Assembly (NCBI GenBank): GCA_963829525.1
Contig: CAWHIJ010000003.1
Span: forward strand, 2,048,001-2,112,000
Source: an uncultured Actinomycetota bacterium
Lineage (GTDB): Bacteria > Actinomycetota > Actinomycetes > JAHEKZ01
DNA length: 64,000 nt
Reading direction: 5' to 3'
This document shows positions 11,087 through 21,976 of the stretch, piece after piece (positions within the stretch are counted from its first letter, which is position 1; each line of letters opens with the position of its first letter). Position numbers and translations under genes: made by a program. The notes beneath the pieces are model-generated. The model was not told where the DNA came from, did not search any database, and saw only the letters and a program-made list of their open reading frames with translations.

Positions 11087-12238
11087 ATGGGTCTGCTCAC
11101 TTTGGGTGTGCTCGGTACCTCCACCAAGGAGAACGAGAAGCGCCTCGCGATCCACCCCTCTCACATCGAGCGGATCGACGAGGACCTGAGGGCGCACATC
11201 TACCTCGAGCACGGCTACGGCGAAAGGTACGGCGTCCGCGACAGCCATCTGGCGCCACTGGTGGGTGGCATGATGTCGCACGACGAGATCATCGCGGCGT
11301 CAGACATCGTGCTGCTCCCCAAGCCGACGCTGGCCGATATCCGCGGGCTCCGTGACGGCCAGGTCTTGTGGGGCTGGCCACACTGCGTCCAGGACGCACC
11401 GCTGACCCAGCTGGCGATCGACAAGCGGCTCACGCTGATCGCGTGGGAGGCGATGAACCACTGGACTCCGCACGGCACGTTCATCGTGCACGTCTTCCAC
11501 CTCAACAACGAGATGGCCGGCTACAGCTCGGTGTTGCACGCCCTAGCACTCGCCGGATCGACCGGTCACTACGGCCGCCAGCTCAACGCAGCAGTGATCG
11601 GGTTCGGTAACACCGCTCGGGGCGCCATCACCGCCCTGCAAGCTCTTGGCATCCACGACGTCACCGTTCTTACCATGCGAGACGTGACTGCCGTCGCTTC
11701 ACCTATCCCGTCGATGGTTCTCGACCACCTCGATCGTCGAACAGATGACCCCACCCGCACCCAGGTACTGGTCGACGAGGAGTACATCACCGCGGCCGAG
11801 TTCCTCGCCGGCCATGACATCGTCGTGAACTGCGTCTTGCAGGACACCGACAACCCTCTGATGTTCGTAGACGACGAGGAGGTAGCGCTCTTCCCAGCGG
11901 GCTCCCTTCTGATTGACGTGTCGTGCGACCTGGGGATGGGCTTCTCGTTTGCCCGCCCGACCACCTTTGAGGAACCGACGTTCACCGTCGGCGACGGTGT
12001 CATGTACTACGGCGTCGACCACAGTCCTGCGTACCTCTGGAACTCAGCCACCTGGGGCATCAGCGAGGCGCTCCTGCCCTATGTACGGACCGTCATGTCC
12101 GGCTCCGAAGCATGGGATGACGAACCGACCATCAAGCGGGCGATCGAGATCCGCAGCGGCGTCGTCCAGAACCCGAAGATCTTGACCTTCCAGCGCCGCG
12201 CGACCGATCACCCGCACCCGCACGTCGACAACTTCTAG
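11087..12238 (+). CDS. N5-(carboxyethyl)ornithine synthase / alanine dehydrogenase-family protein
   Basis: KENEKR.AIHP, WGWPHCVQ, VIGFGNTARGA and IDVSCD motifs. Confidence 0.85.
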   Translation: MGLLTLGVLGTSTKENEKRLAIHPSHIERIDEDLRAHIYLEHGYGERYGVRDSHLAPLVGGMMSHDEIIAASDIVLLPKPTLADIRGLRDGQVLWGWPHCVQDAPLTQLAIDKRLTLIAWEAMNHWTPHGTFIVHVFHLNNEMAGYSSVLHALALAGSTGHYGRQLNAAVIGFGNTARGAITALQALGIHDVTVLTMRDVTAVASPIPSMVLDHLDRRTDDPTRTQVLVDEEYITAAEFLAGHDIVVNCVLQDTDNPLMFVDDEEVALFPAGSLLIDVSCDLGMGFSFARPTTFEEPTFTVGDGVMYYGVDHSPAYLWNSATWGISEALLPYVRTVMSGSEAWDDEPTIKRAIEIRSGVVQNPKILTFQRRATDHPHPHVDNF

Positions 12239-12263
12239 CTGCGGGCCAACGGCCCACAAGCGG

Positions 12264-13067
12264 CTAAGGAAGACACGCCACCCAGAGCTCTTCGGCCGGC
12301 CACCGACTGGCCCACTCAGCCGAGACGATGTCGTAGTACTCGGGGGACGCCGAGCCGTCGGGTGGGTAGAGCTCGTGCAGCGCTTCGACGACAAAGCCAT
12401 GCCGGCGGAGCACGGCGATCCACTCCCCATGACTGAGGTGGTGTTCCACTCCGCCCCCCGGCCAGGCGACCGGCGAGAGTCCTCGCTGCCCCCGCAGCAA
12501 CCGTTCACCCGCGATGCCGCCTTCTGCGGGTACACACAGAGTCGACAACAGGCTGTTCACCAGGAAGACCAGCCGTCCCCCCGGACGCAGGAGTCGGGCG
12601 GCCTCACGGACCCAGGCGTCCGGACGGCACCACACACCGGCACCGTGCTCGCTGACGACGAGGTCAAAGCCGTCGTTGGGCAAGGGCACGTCCTCGGCGT
12701 CGGCCTCGACCAGAGGGAACGAGAGCCCGAACTCCTCCTGGCACCGGCGAGCGGTCTCCAGCTGCGCCGGCGTCAGATCGACGGCCACCGGGTGAGCGCC
12801 CGCCCGCATCAGCCACGCCGAGAAGTACGCGCTGCCGCATCCGAGCTCGAGGGCGTCGAGGCCTGAGACGTCTCCCAGGACCTCCAGCTCTCCTTCAGGG
12901 ATGCCGAACAGCCCCCAGCGAATGTGATCGGCTGCCCATTGGCGACGGGCGTCCTCATCGGTGTGCTGGGCGTTGACCAGCGTCCAGATCTCACGGTTAC
13001 CGGCGAGGTCGGGATTCGGGGTCGGCACGTTCCGAACCCTGCCACATGTGAAGCAGAGCAGGCGCAT
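12264..13067 (-). CDS. Class I SAM-dependent methyltransferase
   Basis: LELGCGSAY, VDLT and LLRPGGRL motifs; start uncertain. Confidence 0.88.
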   Translation of the reverse strand: MRLLCFTCGRVRNVPTPNPDLAGNREIWTLVNAQHTDEDARRQWAADHIRWGLFGIPEGELEVLGDVSGLDALELGCGSAYFSAWLMRAGAHPVAVDLTPAQLETARRCQEEFGLSFPLVEADAEDVPLPNDGFDLVVSEHGAGVWCRPDAWVREAARLLRPGGRLVFLVNSLLSTLCVPAEGGIAGERLLRGQRGLSPVAWPGGGVEHHLSHGEWIAVLRRHGFVVEALHELYPPDGSASPEYYDIVSAEWASRWPAEELWVACLP

Positions 13068-13071
13068 TCTT

Positions 13072-16000
13072 CTAGGGCCCGACGTCGCCTGGTTCCGGCA
13101 GATACGGTGGGACGTTCGTAGTCTCGTTCGGTAGGAATCTCACACCCAGCCGAGCAAAGAGTTCCTGGCCTTCTCGGGTCACCCTGACCCCCTCAGCAAT
13201 CCGCTCTTCCGCCACGAGGCAGCGGCCGAGGCCGAGGAGTGCGAAGCCTTGCTCCGGCACTACACCAAACTCCCTCCATCTACGTTCGGCTTCGATGTAC
13301 AGGGCCACTGCACGAACGGTGTCGCCCGTCGCCTCAGCCAATGCTGCGTTCGCGGCCAGTCGTGCATGCTGGGTGTAGAGGTACGGGGTCTCGATGCCCT
13401 CCACCAGCCGTCGAGCCAGACCGACCTGCCCCTGGGATATGGCGGCCCGCACCATCGCGGGAAGCAGCGCCGGGTAGTACTGCGTATCGCGCGCACCGGC
13501 TCTCGCATCGACCTCAGCGAGCAGGGCGATGGCTGTCTGGCCTTCGCCCCAAGCGACTCGCGCCAACGCGGCGGACCCCAATCCGATCACAACGTCCTCG
13601 GCCGACCCCTGCTCACGTGCGATGGACTCGACCCAGTCGACGTCCTCTCGCACAACTTCCGCTTGCCCTCGCAGGGTCAGAACACGAATGAGAACGGCGC
13701 GAACTCCCATTAAGTCGAATACGTCACCTGAATCTTGCAGGTGCTCGACCAGGTGGCGCGCCACATCGTCAACCTCATCAAAGGCACCTATGTCGGTGAG
13801 GCAATCAAGTGTGCTCGCTGAGATGGTGACCGCCCAACCGGCCAACCCGCGCGGCTCGGCAAACGCGATGCCCGCCCGTAACACTCCGAGAGCAGCCCCT
13901 GGGCCCTCGAGCGTCCAAAGCGCCATCCCCAGATTGTTGTGCAGCATGGCGACGCCTTCTCCCTGGCCTGCTTCGGTGGCCAAAGCGATCGCCTGCCGCA
14001 TGTCGTCGATACCCCTTCCGTCTCCTAGCAGGCTCCGAGCAACCCCGCGGTATCCCAGCGCTCGGGCGGGCTGAGGCAGACCTAGCTCGTCTGCCAAGGT
14101 CAGAGCGTGGTCCGCATGCTCGAGCCCCGTCAGCGCACGTCCCTGGAGGGCCTCGTCCATAGCCAGACTGGCCAGAGCGTCGACCAGTTGGGGCCCGGGA
14201 GGCAAGGGACTGAGAATCTCCACCTCTTGCGCCGAAAGAGTCGCCCATCGTCGATCACCGAGCCTGGACAGTGCCGTGGACAACTGTGTCATCGCTGCAG
14301 CAGCGTCGGCCAGGTTGTCAGACTCCCTGAGGGCTGGGATCGCCTCCTCCAGCGGAGCGACCGCATCGGCATAGCGGCCAACATCGGCTAGCGCTTCAGC
14401 CCAGCGAGTCAAGATCTTGGGCCGTTCTGCGTCCCCAGCAGCGGTGAGGCGCAGGGCACGCTCCAACGAAGTCAAAGCAGCACCGGTGTTCAGCCCAAGG
14501 GCTCGTTCGCCGGCCAGCGTGAGAAAGTGAAGCGTTGGCGCTCGAAGCTCTTCGGCCAGCTCGGGCTCGCCAGCGGCTTCTGCCAGTTCGCGCGCCGTGG
14601 CGTAGTGGTGTGCAAGTACGTCGGCCGCGTCTTCGATCCGCGCTGGCGCCATTGTCTCGATCCATCGCGCGGCAACCACGTGACGTGAGGCACGCGCCGC
14701 TCTGGGCAGATGCGAATACGCGACCTCGCGCACCAGCGAGTGAACAAAGGAGTACTCCAGCTCACCTTCGAACGACGGCTGCCGGACTGGGCGAACGAGT
14801 TCCCTGTGCGCCAGTTGCTCCAGCACCGCGACGACCTCATCCTTCGACCGATCCGCCATGTCAGCAACAGCGCCAGCCCAGAACACCGTTCCGATCACGG
14901 ACGCGTCGGTGAGTACGGACTTCTCCTCGCGACCCAGACTGTCAAGGCGGGCGGAGATCAGGGCACGAACCGAGTCAGAGACTGGCACGTCAGCGTTCTC
15001 GACCAGCTCCCATCTAGGCCCCTGCTCCACCAGCAAGTCCCGGTCTTTCAGGAGGCGCACGAACTCCTCGGCGTACAGGGGATTGCCTCCCGACCGAACG
15101 ACCACCGAGTGCTGCACCTCCTCGGGAAGTCGAGCCGAACCCAGCAGACCCGAGATCAATCGGGCGGTCTCACGTTCTGACAACGGCGCAAGATGGATAC
15201 TCGAGTTCTCCCGGATCGAGGCTGCATAGCGCGGATGTTCGTCGAGAAGCTCGGGTCGTGCTGTTCCCACCACAAGCAGAGGAACGCCCTTCGCATGGTT
15301 CGACAGGTGCTCCAAGAACTCCAACATCGCCTCGTCTGCCCAGTGCAAGTCTTCAAAGACCACGACCGTGGGGTCGGCCGCGGCGATGTACTCAAGGAAT
15401 CGACGCCATGCGGTGAACAGTTCCTCCCGCTGTGCTCCGGACGAAGCCTCGACACCGAGCAGAGGCAGCAGCCGCTGGTGAAACCACTCACGTTCTGGAC
15501 CTTCGGGCAGCACCTCGGCCAGTTTGCGGGCAGCAACTCCGGCTGAGTCAGACTCCAAGATCCCGGCATGCGACTTGACGATGTCACTCAGCGCCCAGAA
15601 GGTGATTCCTTCTCCGTACGGGAGGCACCGACCCTGTCTCCAGTTGACCAGCTCGGGACGCGCATCGACGTAGCGGGCGAGTTCGGTGACGAGTCGGCTC
15701 TTGCCGAGCCCGGGGTCACCAACGACAGTGACCGACTGAACGGTCTCCTCCTCGAGCGACTTACTGAAGAGCCCCTTCATCAAGGCGAGGTCGACGTGGC
15801 GTCCCACGAATGGAGCATCGAAACTGCGGCTGAGATCTGCCGAGACGCGGGCGCGCGGTGATTCGGCCAGGAAGACCTGAAGCGGTGCCGACTTGCCCTT
15901 GACCGAGACCGGAGGTAGCGCGGTGTAGTTGATCACCGTTGAGGTCGCCAGATAGGTCGCAAGCCCAACAGCAACACCCATCTCTGGCGCAATCGATTGC

Positions 16001-16500
16001 AGACGTGATGCAGTGTTGATCGTGTCACCAGTGACGAACCCCTCTACGTCACCAGCACTGAGGCCCATGCGTACCAGGACCTCGCCGGTGTTGATCCCAA
16101 CACGCAACTTGAGCGGGCTGGAATCCACTGCCCGCAGCTGCTCAATACTCTCAACCATTCGGTGCGCAGCACGCACTGCGCGTTCGGGATCATCCTCGTG
16201 TCCAGCGGGAACTCCGAACACACCGACAACGGCGTCTCCGATGAACTTCTCGACAATCCCTCCATAATCCTGAACGTACTGGCGTGCCATCGTGAAGTAC
16301 GCCGACAGCATGTGCCTCACATCTTCAGGATCAGCTAACTCGGAGACTTCGGTGAACCCCACCAAGTCACAGAACAGAACCGTTACGACCTTTCGTTCCT
16401 CAATCACGGGTTTTCCCGGCTGTGACATTGCTGCACCACAGTGGCCGCAGAAGTTGCTGGCCGCAGAGTTCTCATGACTGCACGAAGCGCACTTCATCAC
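13072..16500 (-). CDS. Zinc-ribbon class III adenylate/guanylate cyclase fused to a STAND AAA ATPase and TPR-like region
   Basis: CASC..FCGHCG; FCDLVGFT, KFIGDAV, GDTINTASRLQ; Walker A GDPGLGKS; FEDLHWAD; GGNPLY. Confidence 0.92.
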   Translation of the reverse strand: MMKCASCSHENSAASNFCGHCGAAMSQPGKPVIEERKVVTVLFCDLVGFTEVSELADPEDVRHMLSAYFTMARQYVQDYGGIVEKFIGDAVVGVFGVPAGHEDDPERAVRAAHRMVESIEQLRAVDSSPLKLRVGINTGEVLVRMGLSAGDVEGFVTGDTINTASRLQSIAPEMGVAVGLATYLATSTVINYTALPPVSVKGKSAPLQVFLAESPRARVSADLSRSFDAPFVGRHVDLALMKGLFSKSLEEETVQSVTVVGDPGLGKSRLVTELARYVDARPELVNWRQGRCLPYGEGITFWALSDIVKSHAGILESDSAGVAARKLAEVLPEGPEREWFHQRLLPLLGVEASSGAQREELFTAWRRFLEYIAAADPTVVVFEDLHWADEAMLEFLEHLSNHAKGVPLLVVGTARPELLDEHPRYAASIRENSSIHLAPLSERETARLISGLLGSARLPEEVQHSVVVRSGGNPLYAEEFVRLLKDRDLLVEQGPRWELVENADVPVSDSVRALISARLDSLGREEKSVLTDASVIGTVFWAGAVADMADRSKDEVVAVLEQLAHRELVRPVRQPSFEGELEYSFVHSLVREVAYSHLPRAARASRHVVAARWIETMAPARIEDAADVLAHHYATARELAEAAGEPELAEELRAPTLHFLTLAGERALGLNTGAALTSLERALRLTAAGDAERPKILTRWAEALADVGRYADAVAPLEEAIPALRESDNLADAAAAMTQLSTALSRLGDRRWATLSAQEVEILSPLPPGPQLVDALASLAMDEALQGRALTGLEHADHALTLADELGLPQPARALGYRGVARSLLGDGRGIDDMRQAIALATEAGQGEGVAMLHNNLGMALWTLEGPGAALGVLRAGIAFAEPRGLAGWAVTISASTLDCLTDIGAFDEVDDVARHLVEHLQDSGDVFDLMGVRAVLIRVLTLRGQAEVVREDVDWVESIAREQGSAEDVVIGLGSAALARVAWGEGQTAIALLAEVDARAGARDTQYYPALLPAMVRAAISQGQVGLARRLVEGIETPYLYTQHARLAANAALAEATGDTVRAVALYIEAERRWREFGVVPEQGFALLGLGRCLVAEERIAEGVRVTREGQELFARLGVRFLPNETTNVPPYLPEPGDVGP

Positions 16501-16607
16501 TTGGTCAGACTAGAGCGTGCTTCTCGACGAGTCAGCAGTCTGAGAACTGCTGGCACACCAAAATGAAGGGGCTCGACGTCACGATCACCAAAGGACGACG
16601 GGTGCAG

Positions 16608-17696
16608 CTAGGCGGACTTACTGCCTTCCACAGCTGTACCCCCGTGGTGCAGTCGGTATTCGTACACCGGGCGGTATCGGTCGTACAGCGTGATCAGGAC
16701 GCTGAACAGCACCAGGAAGAAGATGAGATCGCCGAGAGACGTCTGGATCTCAAAGAAGATGTCCAGGCCGACGATCAACCCGATGTTGACGACCAGTCGT
16801 GCCACGAAGGTCGCCAGCACCGACTCAGTGCTGTAATTGCGGCGCGCGACCCATAGGCCGATCACTGCGTTCAGCAGAACGAAGACGCCCACCCAGACGA
16901 AAAGCCTCACGTTGCTGAGATCCGTGGTCGGCAGAACGGAAGCGAAGATGATGAACAGCAGCCCGATGAGGAAGGTCTTCTCCAGGGAGGCCACCGACCA
17001 GACCTTCCCGTAACGCGCCATGTAGGCCGTGCGCTCGCCTGCGGTGTCGATCTCCGGGGGAATGGGCTGGGCGACGATCTGCCACCTGTGGTCGGCCGGG
17101 TCGAGCCGCGGCCTCACGGCGAACCACAGTACGAGCACGATGACGATTGACCCGCCGATGATGAGCGGCGCGAACCACGAGACGTCCTTCCAGGTGTCGG
17201 TGAAGTCCAGCTGTGCGATGTGGATCCAGTACTCCTGCGGCAGCTTGATGAAGATCCAGATGAACGCAGCCGTCAGCACCCAGAACTTCATCTGGAAACG
17301 AACCGTGTTCCAGCGCGAGCGAATTCCTTCGTAGGCGATGAAGAAGTACTCGAAAGTGTTGGGGAAGATCAGCAGGATGGCTCGCACCTGCGTCAGCTCG
17401 AAAGCGACGACACCGATCTGACGGTAGAAGAACAAGAAGCGCGAGACGCTGAAAGCCGACAGGTTGACCCAGTTTCGCATCGTCGATATGTAGGCGACGC
17501 CGAGGTAGAAGACATCCATGGCCTTGTCGTAGCCCTGGTACCACTCGGGGTCATAGCCGAACCACTGGAAGATCGTCTGGTCCATCCCGTCGAGGACGAG
17601 GCAGGCGACGACACCCGGAAGCGGATACCTCAAGATGGTGAGGGGCAGGACAAAGCGCGCCAGCAACACGGTTCCAAAGACGACCTCGAACGGCAT
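16608..17696 (-). CDS. Multi-pass membrane protein of unknown function
   Basis: 362 aa with many hydrophobic segments, strong GC3 bias and an AGGAG RBS. Confidence 0.8.
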   Translation of the reverse strand: MPFEVVFGTVLLARFVLPLTILRYPLPGVVACLVLDGMDQTIFQWFGYDPEWYQGYDKAMDVFYLGVAYISTMRNWVNLSAFSVSRFLFFYRQIGVVAFELTQVRAILLIFPNTFEYFFIAYEGIRSRWNTVRFQMKFWVLTAAFIWIFIKLPQEYWIHIAQLDFTDTWKDVSWFAPLIIGGSIVIVLVLWFAVRPRLDPADHRWQIVAQPIPPEIDTAGERTAYMARYGKVWSVASLEKTFLIGLLFIIFASVLPTTDLSNVRLFVWVGVFVLLNAVIGLWVARRNYSTESVLATFVARLVVNIGLIVGLDIFFEIQTSLGDLIFFLVLFSVLITLYDRYRPVYEYRLHHGGTAVEGSKSA

Positions 17697-17820
17697 GGAC
17701 GTGCTCCTCAGGGCTGGTGCGCAGAACTGTAGGCTGGACCTTATCGTCCAACCCCTTAGGATCCAGCCCTAATGGCTGCGGCAAGGTTGGAGTGTCCTTT
17801 CACTCACACGAGGAGATCGC

Positions 17821-18447
17821 ATGAGCATCCGTCTGGGCGATGAGGCCCCGAACTTCAAAGCCGACACCACCGACGGCACCATCGACTTCCATGAGTGGAA
17901 GAGCGGCTCGTGGGCTGTGCTCTTCAGCCACCCGGCCGACTTCACACCGGTCTGCACCACCGAGCTCGGCCGCACTGCTGGACTGCACGACGAGTTCACC
18001 AAGCGCAACGTCAAGACGATCGCGGTGTCGGTTGACTCACTCGAAAGCCACAAGGGTTGGGCTCCCGACATCAAAGATGTAGGTGGAGTCCCGCTCAACT
18101 TCCCGATCATCGCCGACCCAGACCGCATGGTTTCAATGGCCTACGACATGATCCACCCGGGTGAGGGTGACAGCTCCACCGTCCGTTCGGTCTTCATCAT
18201 CGACCCGAACAACAAGGTGCGGCTCACCCTGACCTACCCCAAATCAGTCGGCCGCAACTTCGACGAGATCATCCGCGTGATCGATGCCCTGCAGCTCACC
18301 GATTCGGCGCCGGTATCCACGCCTGCCGACTGGACGCCTGGCGGCCGAGTTATCGTGGCCGCAACGATGTCCACCGACGATGCCAAGGCCCGGTTCGCCG
18401 ACGTCGAAGAGGTCAAGCCCTACCTGCGTTGGGCGGCGCAGCCCTAG
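17821..18447 (+). CDS. 1-Cys peroxiredoxin (Prx6)
   Basis: FSHPADFTPVCTTE and GRNFDEI motifs. Confidence 0.95.
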   Translation: MSIRLGDEAPNFKADTTDGTIDFHEWKSGSWAVLFSHPADFTPVCTTELGRTAGLHDEFTKRNVKTIAVSVDSLESHKGWAPDIKDVGGVPLNFPIIADPDRMVSMAYDMIHPGEGDSSTVRSVFIIDPNNKVRLTLTYPKSVGRNFDEIIRVIDALQLTDSAPVSTPADWTPGGRVIVAATMSTDDAKARFADVEEVKPYLRWAAQP

Positions 18448-18488
18448 CGAGGGCCAGCCCGCTGGGCAAATCCTGCGGGCTTCGCCTC

Positions 18489-19295
18489 TCACGAGACGTT
18501 GTCGGTCCACTCTCGTCCGTCCCACCAGCGCAGCCGGGCCTCGCCCTTCGGATCGGGGAACCAGCCGGGCGGCGCTGCCGCCGGCGTCGCCGCAAGAGGT
18601 GCAGGGGCCGGCGCTGGACCGGGAGGCGCAACCGCGCCCGGTGCACTCCACGGGTCTGCAACAGGTGCCACCGGCCCACCACTGGCAGCCACAGCCGCCG
18701 AAGCAGGGCGGCGTCCGCGGACGAAGCCGACGATGAGGAGCACGAAACCGATCACTGCCACAAAGCCACCGATGCCTACCAGTGCCAGCCAAGCCACTGC
18801 GCTACCGAACGAGCCAGCGATGCTGGGCGCCACAAGCACTTGTCGGCCGTTCCCGAGCACCGTGATGCGATACAGCCCGGGCTCGACAACGGCAAAACGA
18901 GCTGCCCCCGTGAACGAGTCACCATTGCGGTCCACCGTCTCGGTCAGGCTCATCGCCTGAACCGGAACCGATGCCCCCGATTCGCTCACGACCTCGATGG
19001 CGCTTGGCGTGATCGTGGTCATACCTCTGGGCATCGGGTCGGTCTGCTCGTAGACAACGTAGGTTCCGTCGTCCAGATCAGCTGTAAAGTCGGCAGGCGT
19101 CGCCCGCACCGGGGCGGTAAAGGTCTCTATCACCTTGCTACCGGCGGTTCCAATGAAGAAGGCCCCCCCGGCAATCGCCAGAAGCACACCTAAGACCATC
19201 AAACCCGCCCCCCACCAGACCAGGCGGCGACGCGGTTGGGGCATGTCGTGCGTATCAGGAGTCACGGGTTCATGATGGCAGAGCCGGCTGCTCAA
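18489..19295 (-). CDS. DUF2510-domain membrane protein
   Basis: Two TM segments, Pro/Ala linker, C-terminal PPGWFPDP...LRWWDG..WT; the true start may be further downstream. Confidence 0.85.
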   Translation of the reverse strand: MSSRLCHHEPVTPDTHDMPQPRRRLVWWGAGLMVLGVLLAIAGGAFFIGTAGSKVIETFTAPVRATPADFTADLDDGTYVVYEQTDPMPRGMTTITPSAIEVVSESGASVPVQAMSLTETVDRNGDSFTGAARFAVVEPGLYRITVLGNGRQVLVAPSIAGSFGSAVAWLALVGIGGFVAVIGFVLLIVGFVRGRRPASAAVAASGGPVAPVADPWSAPGAVAPPGPAPAPAPLAATPAAAPPGWFPDPKGEARLRWWDGREWTDNVS

Positions 19296-20104
19296 TTACG
19301 GGTAACTGGGCCGTCACCTGTGGTGGTCGTCGAGCCGTCAGGCCAGACCACGAATCCGGTTCGTCCGGGGCGGCTCGACAGCCAGTGCGAGGCCTTCTTG
19401 CCCAACACGTACGCCGACGTTGCATCGATGTCGGCGACTGTCAGCGAGGCAGCCACGACCGTCACCGACGCGACACCACGCACAGGGAGCCCCGTTCGTG
19501 CATCCACCAAGTGCTCGCCACGATGCGCACCCCCGGAAGTTGCGATGGCTCCGTTCTGCAGCGGAACCACCGCAATGAGGCGGCTCAGATCATGCGGATG
19601 TTCGATGCCGATCCGCCAGGCAGGCGCATCAGGTGACGCCACGCGACACACCATGTCTCCGCCCCCGGAGAGGCAAAAATCGGTCTCATCGAGAAGGCGC
19701 AGCGGAGATGATGCGCGCTCGATTGCCCACCCTTTGACGACACCATTGGGATCGAGGTGCCTTGCGCCGTCGCCGCTCGGGCGCCAGATGTCGAAGGCTC
19801 CACTCGTCTCGTTCCTGGCTAGCGCAGCCAGCTCGAAGACCTCGGCAACCTCAGCTGGACAATCGTGGGGGCTGATCTCAGCGCGATCGAGTTGGGAGAT
19901 GACTGAAGACCTGCGGTAAGTGCTGAAGATGGTGTCGAGGCGGCGAAGTTCGGCCATGACGTCGGCCCATGCGGTGCGACCCAGTCGAGTGCGGGCGTGG
20001 CGACCGCGCATCGCGAGGCTGATGGGTATACCCATCACATGGTCGACGAAGCGAGCCGCACCGTGTGCTGCGGGCATCCGTTTCCCCGTCTGGATGCTCG
20101 TCAC
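19292..20104 (-). CDS. apbE: FAD:protein FMN transferase
   Basis: HVMG, LDPNGVVKGWA, GGDM, IATSG and ADIDAT motifs. Confidence 0.9.
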   Translation of the reverse strand: MTSIQTGKRMPAAHGAARFVDHVMGIPISLAMRGRHARTRLGRTAWADVMAELRRLDTIFSTYRRSSVISQLDRAEISPHDCPAEVAEVFELAALARNETSGAFDIWRPSGDGARHLDPNGVVKGWAIERASSPLRLLDETDFCLSGGGDMVCRVASPDAPAWRIGIEHPHDLSRLIAVVPLQNGAIATSGGAHRGEHLVDARTGLPVRGVASVTVVAASLTVADIDATSAYVLGKKASHWLSSRPGRTGFVVWPDGSTTTTGDGPVTRN

Positions 20105-20538
20105 GACAAGCCCACCTGGTCGAGCGCGGCTTGAAGCGACTGAAGGTATCCGGTGCTCGTGACCGTGGCCCCGCTCACCATGTCGATGTTGGCGCTCTGG
20201 GCCTGCAGTGTCTGGTCGATCAGAATCGGCAAGGCATAGCCGTTGATCTGGTCATCGGTGGAGGTGCCCGTTGGATACTGCAACGGAGTCACATCAGTGA
20301 TCGTGTCCCCGTCGACGGCCACCTGTACCTGAACTGGTCCCCACTGTGTCGGAACCACAGGTCCGGTGACCACGCGGGTGTTGGCCGTCGACTTGGACTG
20401 TCCAGATTTCCCAGCTTGGGGCGAGATGGCCGTCACTCCACTTGGCACCCCAAAGACGCTCGATGTCGACGTGTGGTAGCCGAAGAGAAGCACCAAGATC
20501 GTCACGGTGCTCATGAGCCAGGTGATGATGCGCCGCAT
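20101..20538 (-). CDS. Membrane-anchored FMN-binding (flavinylated) protein
   Basis: Signal anchor MRRIITWL...; WGPVQV; flavinylation motif IDMVSGATVTS. Confidence 0.9.
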   Translation of the reverse strand: MRRIITWLMSTVTILVLLFGYHTSTSSVFGVPSGVTAISPQAGKSGQSKSTANTRVVTGPVVPTQWGPVQVQVAVDGDTITDVTPLQYPTGTSTDDQINGYALPILIDQTLQAQSANIDMVSGATVTSTGYLQSLQAALDQVGLS

Positions 20539-20542
20539 ATCG

Positions 20543-21952
20543 TCACCACCGAAACATCTCGACGTGGATCTGGTCGCTGTCGACCCCCGCCTTGCGGCAG
20601 GAGCTGATGACGCTCTCCGTCCAGGCATCGGGCCCGCAGATGTAGACGTCTCGGGTGTGAATGTCCGGAACCCAGTAGCGCAAGGCCGTGACATCCTCTG
20701 CTCTGCCGACTCCGTCGCCCAGCCACGATGACGCAGACCGACGCCGTCCAGGCAGCCAAAGCACGCGCAAGCCGCGCTCCCGACCGAGCTCCTCGAGCTC
20801 ACGGTGGAAGAGCGGCTCGCCGCTGAACCGGTGCAGCAGGACAGCGTCACCGGGCGAATAGTGGAGTCCTTCCGCCAGCGATCGCAACGGCGCCACACCG
20901 ACACCAGCGCCAATGAGTGCGACCCCACGCTTCGTCCGGCTGCGGGAGGTCAGGCGTCCGTATGGACCTTCGAACATCACCCGAGCCCCCGGCCGAATCC
21001 GCCGAACTCGGCCACTGTTGTCGCCGAGCGACTTCACCGTGATCCGCAAACTGCGTCCATCGGGGGCCGCCGACAACGAGTACGGGTTCGCGCGGGTCCA
21101 TCCGCGGCTCCCCAGGAACCGCCAGACCCCAAACTCCCCTGCCCGCATCGGCAGGCGGTCAAGTCGGCGACCGGTCATGTAGACCGAGAAGGTGTCCGAC
21201 GACTCCTGCACAACCGTCGTTACCCGCAGTCGGTGCCGGATGCTTCGCCAGGTTGGCAGCAGAACGCGCCAGATCACGATGGAGGCAGCCGCGGCTGCCC
21301 ACAACCCCCACCAGAAGATGGTGGCCGCTGTCGACGAGGTGAAGGTCTGGCCAGTCCAAAGCTGGTGCGGTAGGGCCAGACCGACACCCAGGTAGGCGTA
21401 GAGGTGCAACAGGTGCCATGACTCGTAGCGCATCTGCGACCTAGCAACCCGCAGACTGGTGACAACGCTAAGGACCAGACAAGCGGTTCCTGCTACGGCC
21501 AGCAGCATCCCCGGGTAGTCCCAGGTCATCGTCCACAGTGTTGAGGGCGCTTGGGCAAGTTGACCGGCACCGTAGCCCAACGTGATCAACCCGATATGCG
21601 CCAGCATGAGGTTGAACGAGGTGAACCCGATGACACGGTGGATACGCACCAACCTGTCGCGCCCATAGGCCCTCTCCAGAAGCGGTAGGCGAGCCATCAG
21701 CAGCACCTGAACCAGAAGCAGGTCGGCGGCGAGCAGCCCGGTCAGACGACCTAGCGACGTCAGTGCCTCAGCGCCAGTGCCGAGAGCCTGGATGCCGCCA
21801 CCGACCATCCACCAGTAGGTGACCAGCAACAGGCTCGACCAGAGCGAGACGCCAGCAACGGTCCGCACACTACTGTCGGTGCGGGCCTCGACTCCGAGCG
21901 GCGGACCGGTCGGAACGCTCGCGCCCCGGGGTCCATGCACTTCGGGGTCCAC
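20543..21952 (-). CDS. Ferric-reductase-like membrane cytochrome fused to an FNR-type FAD/NAD(P)-binding domain
   Basis: TM haem His motifs (IHR..G, LAH, WHLLHLY, PHQ); NPYSLS, EGPYG, GAGVGVAP and YICGP motifs. Confidence 0.9.
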   Translation of the reverse strand: MDPEVHGPRGASVPTGPPLGVEARTDSSVRTVAGVSLWSSLLLVTYWWMVGGGIQALGTGAEALTSLGRLTGLLAADLLLVQVLLMARLPLLERAYGRDRLVRIHRVIGFTSFNLMLAHIGLITLGYGAGQLAQAPSTLWTMTWDYPGMLLAVAGTACLVLSVVTSLRVARSQMRYESWHLLHLYAYLGVGLALPHQLWTGQTFTSSTAATIFWWGLWAAAAASIVIWRVLLPTWRSIRHRLRVTTVVQESSDTFSVYMTGRRLDRLPMRAGEFGVWRFLGSRGWTRANPYSLSAAPDGRSLRITVKSLGDNSGRVRRIRPGARVMFEGPYGRLTSRSRTKRGVALIGAGVGVAPLRSLAEGLHYSPGDAVLLHRFSGEPLFHRELEELGRERGLRVLWLPGRRRSASSWLGDGVGRAEDVTALRYWVPDIHTRDVYICGPDAWTESVISSCRKAGVDSDQIHVEMFRW

Positions 21953-21976
21953 AGTTCTCCTTTGCTGATGACCCTG

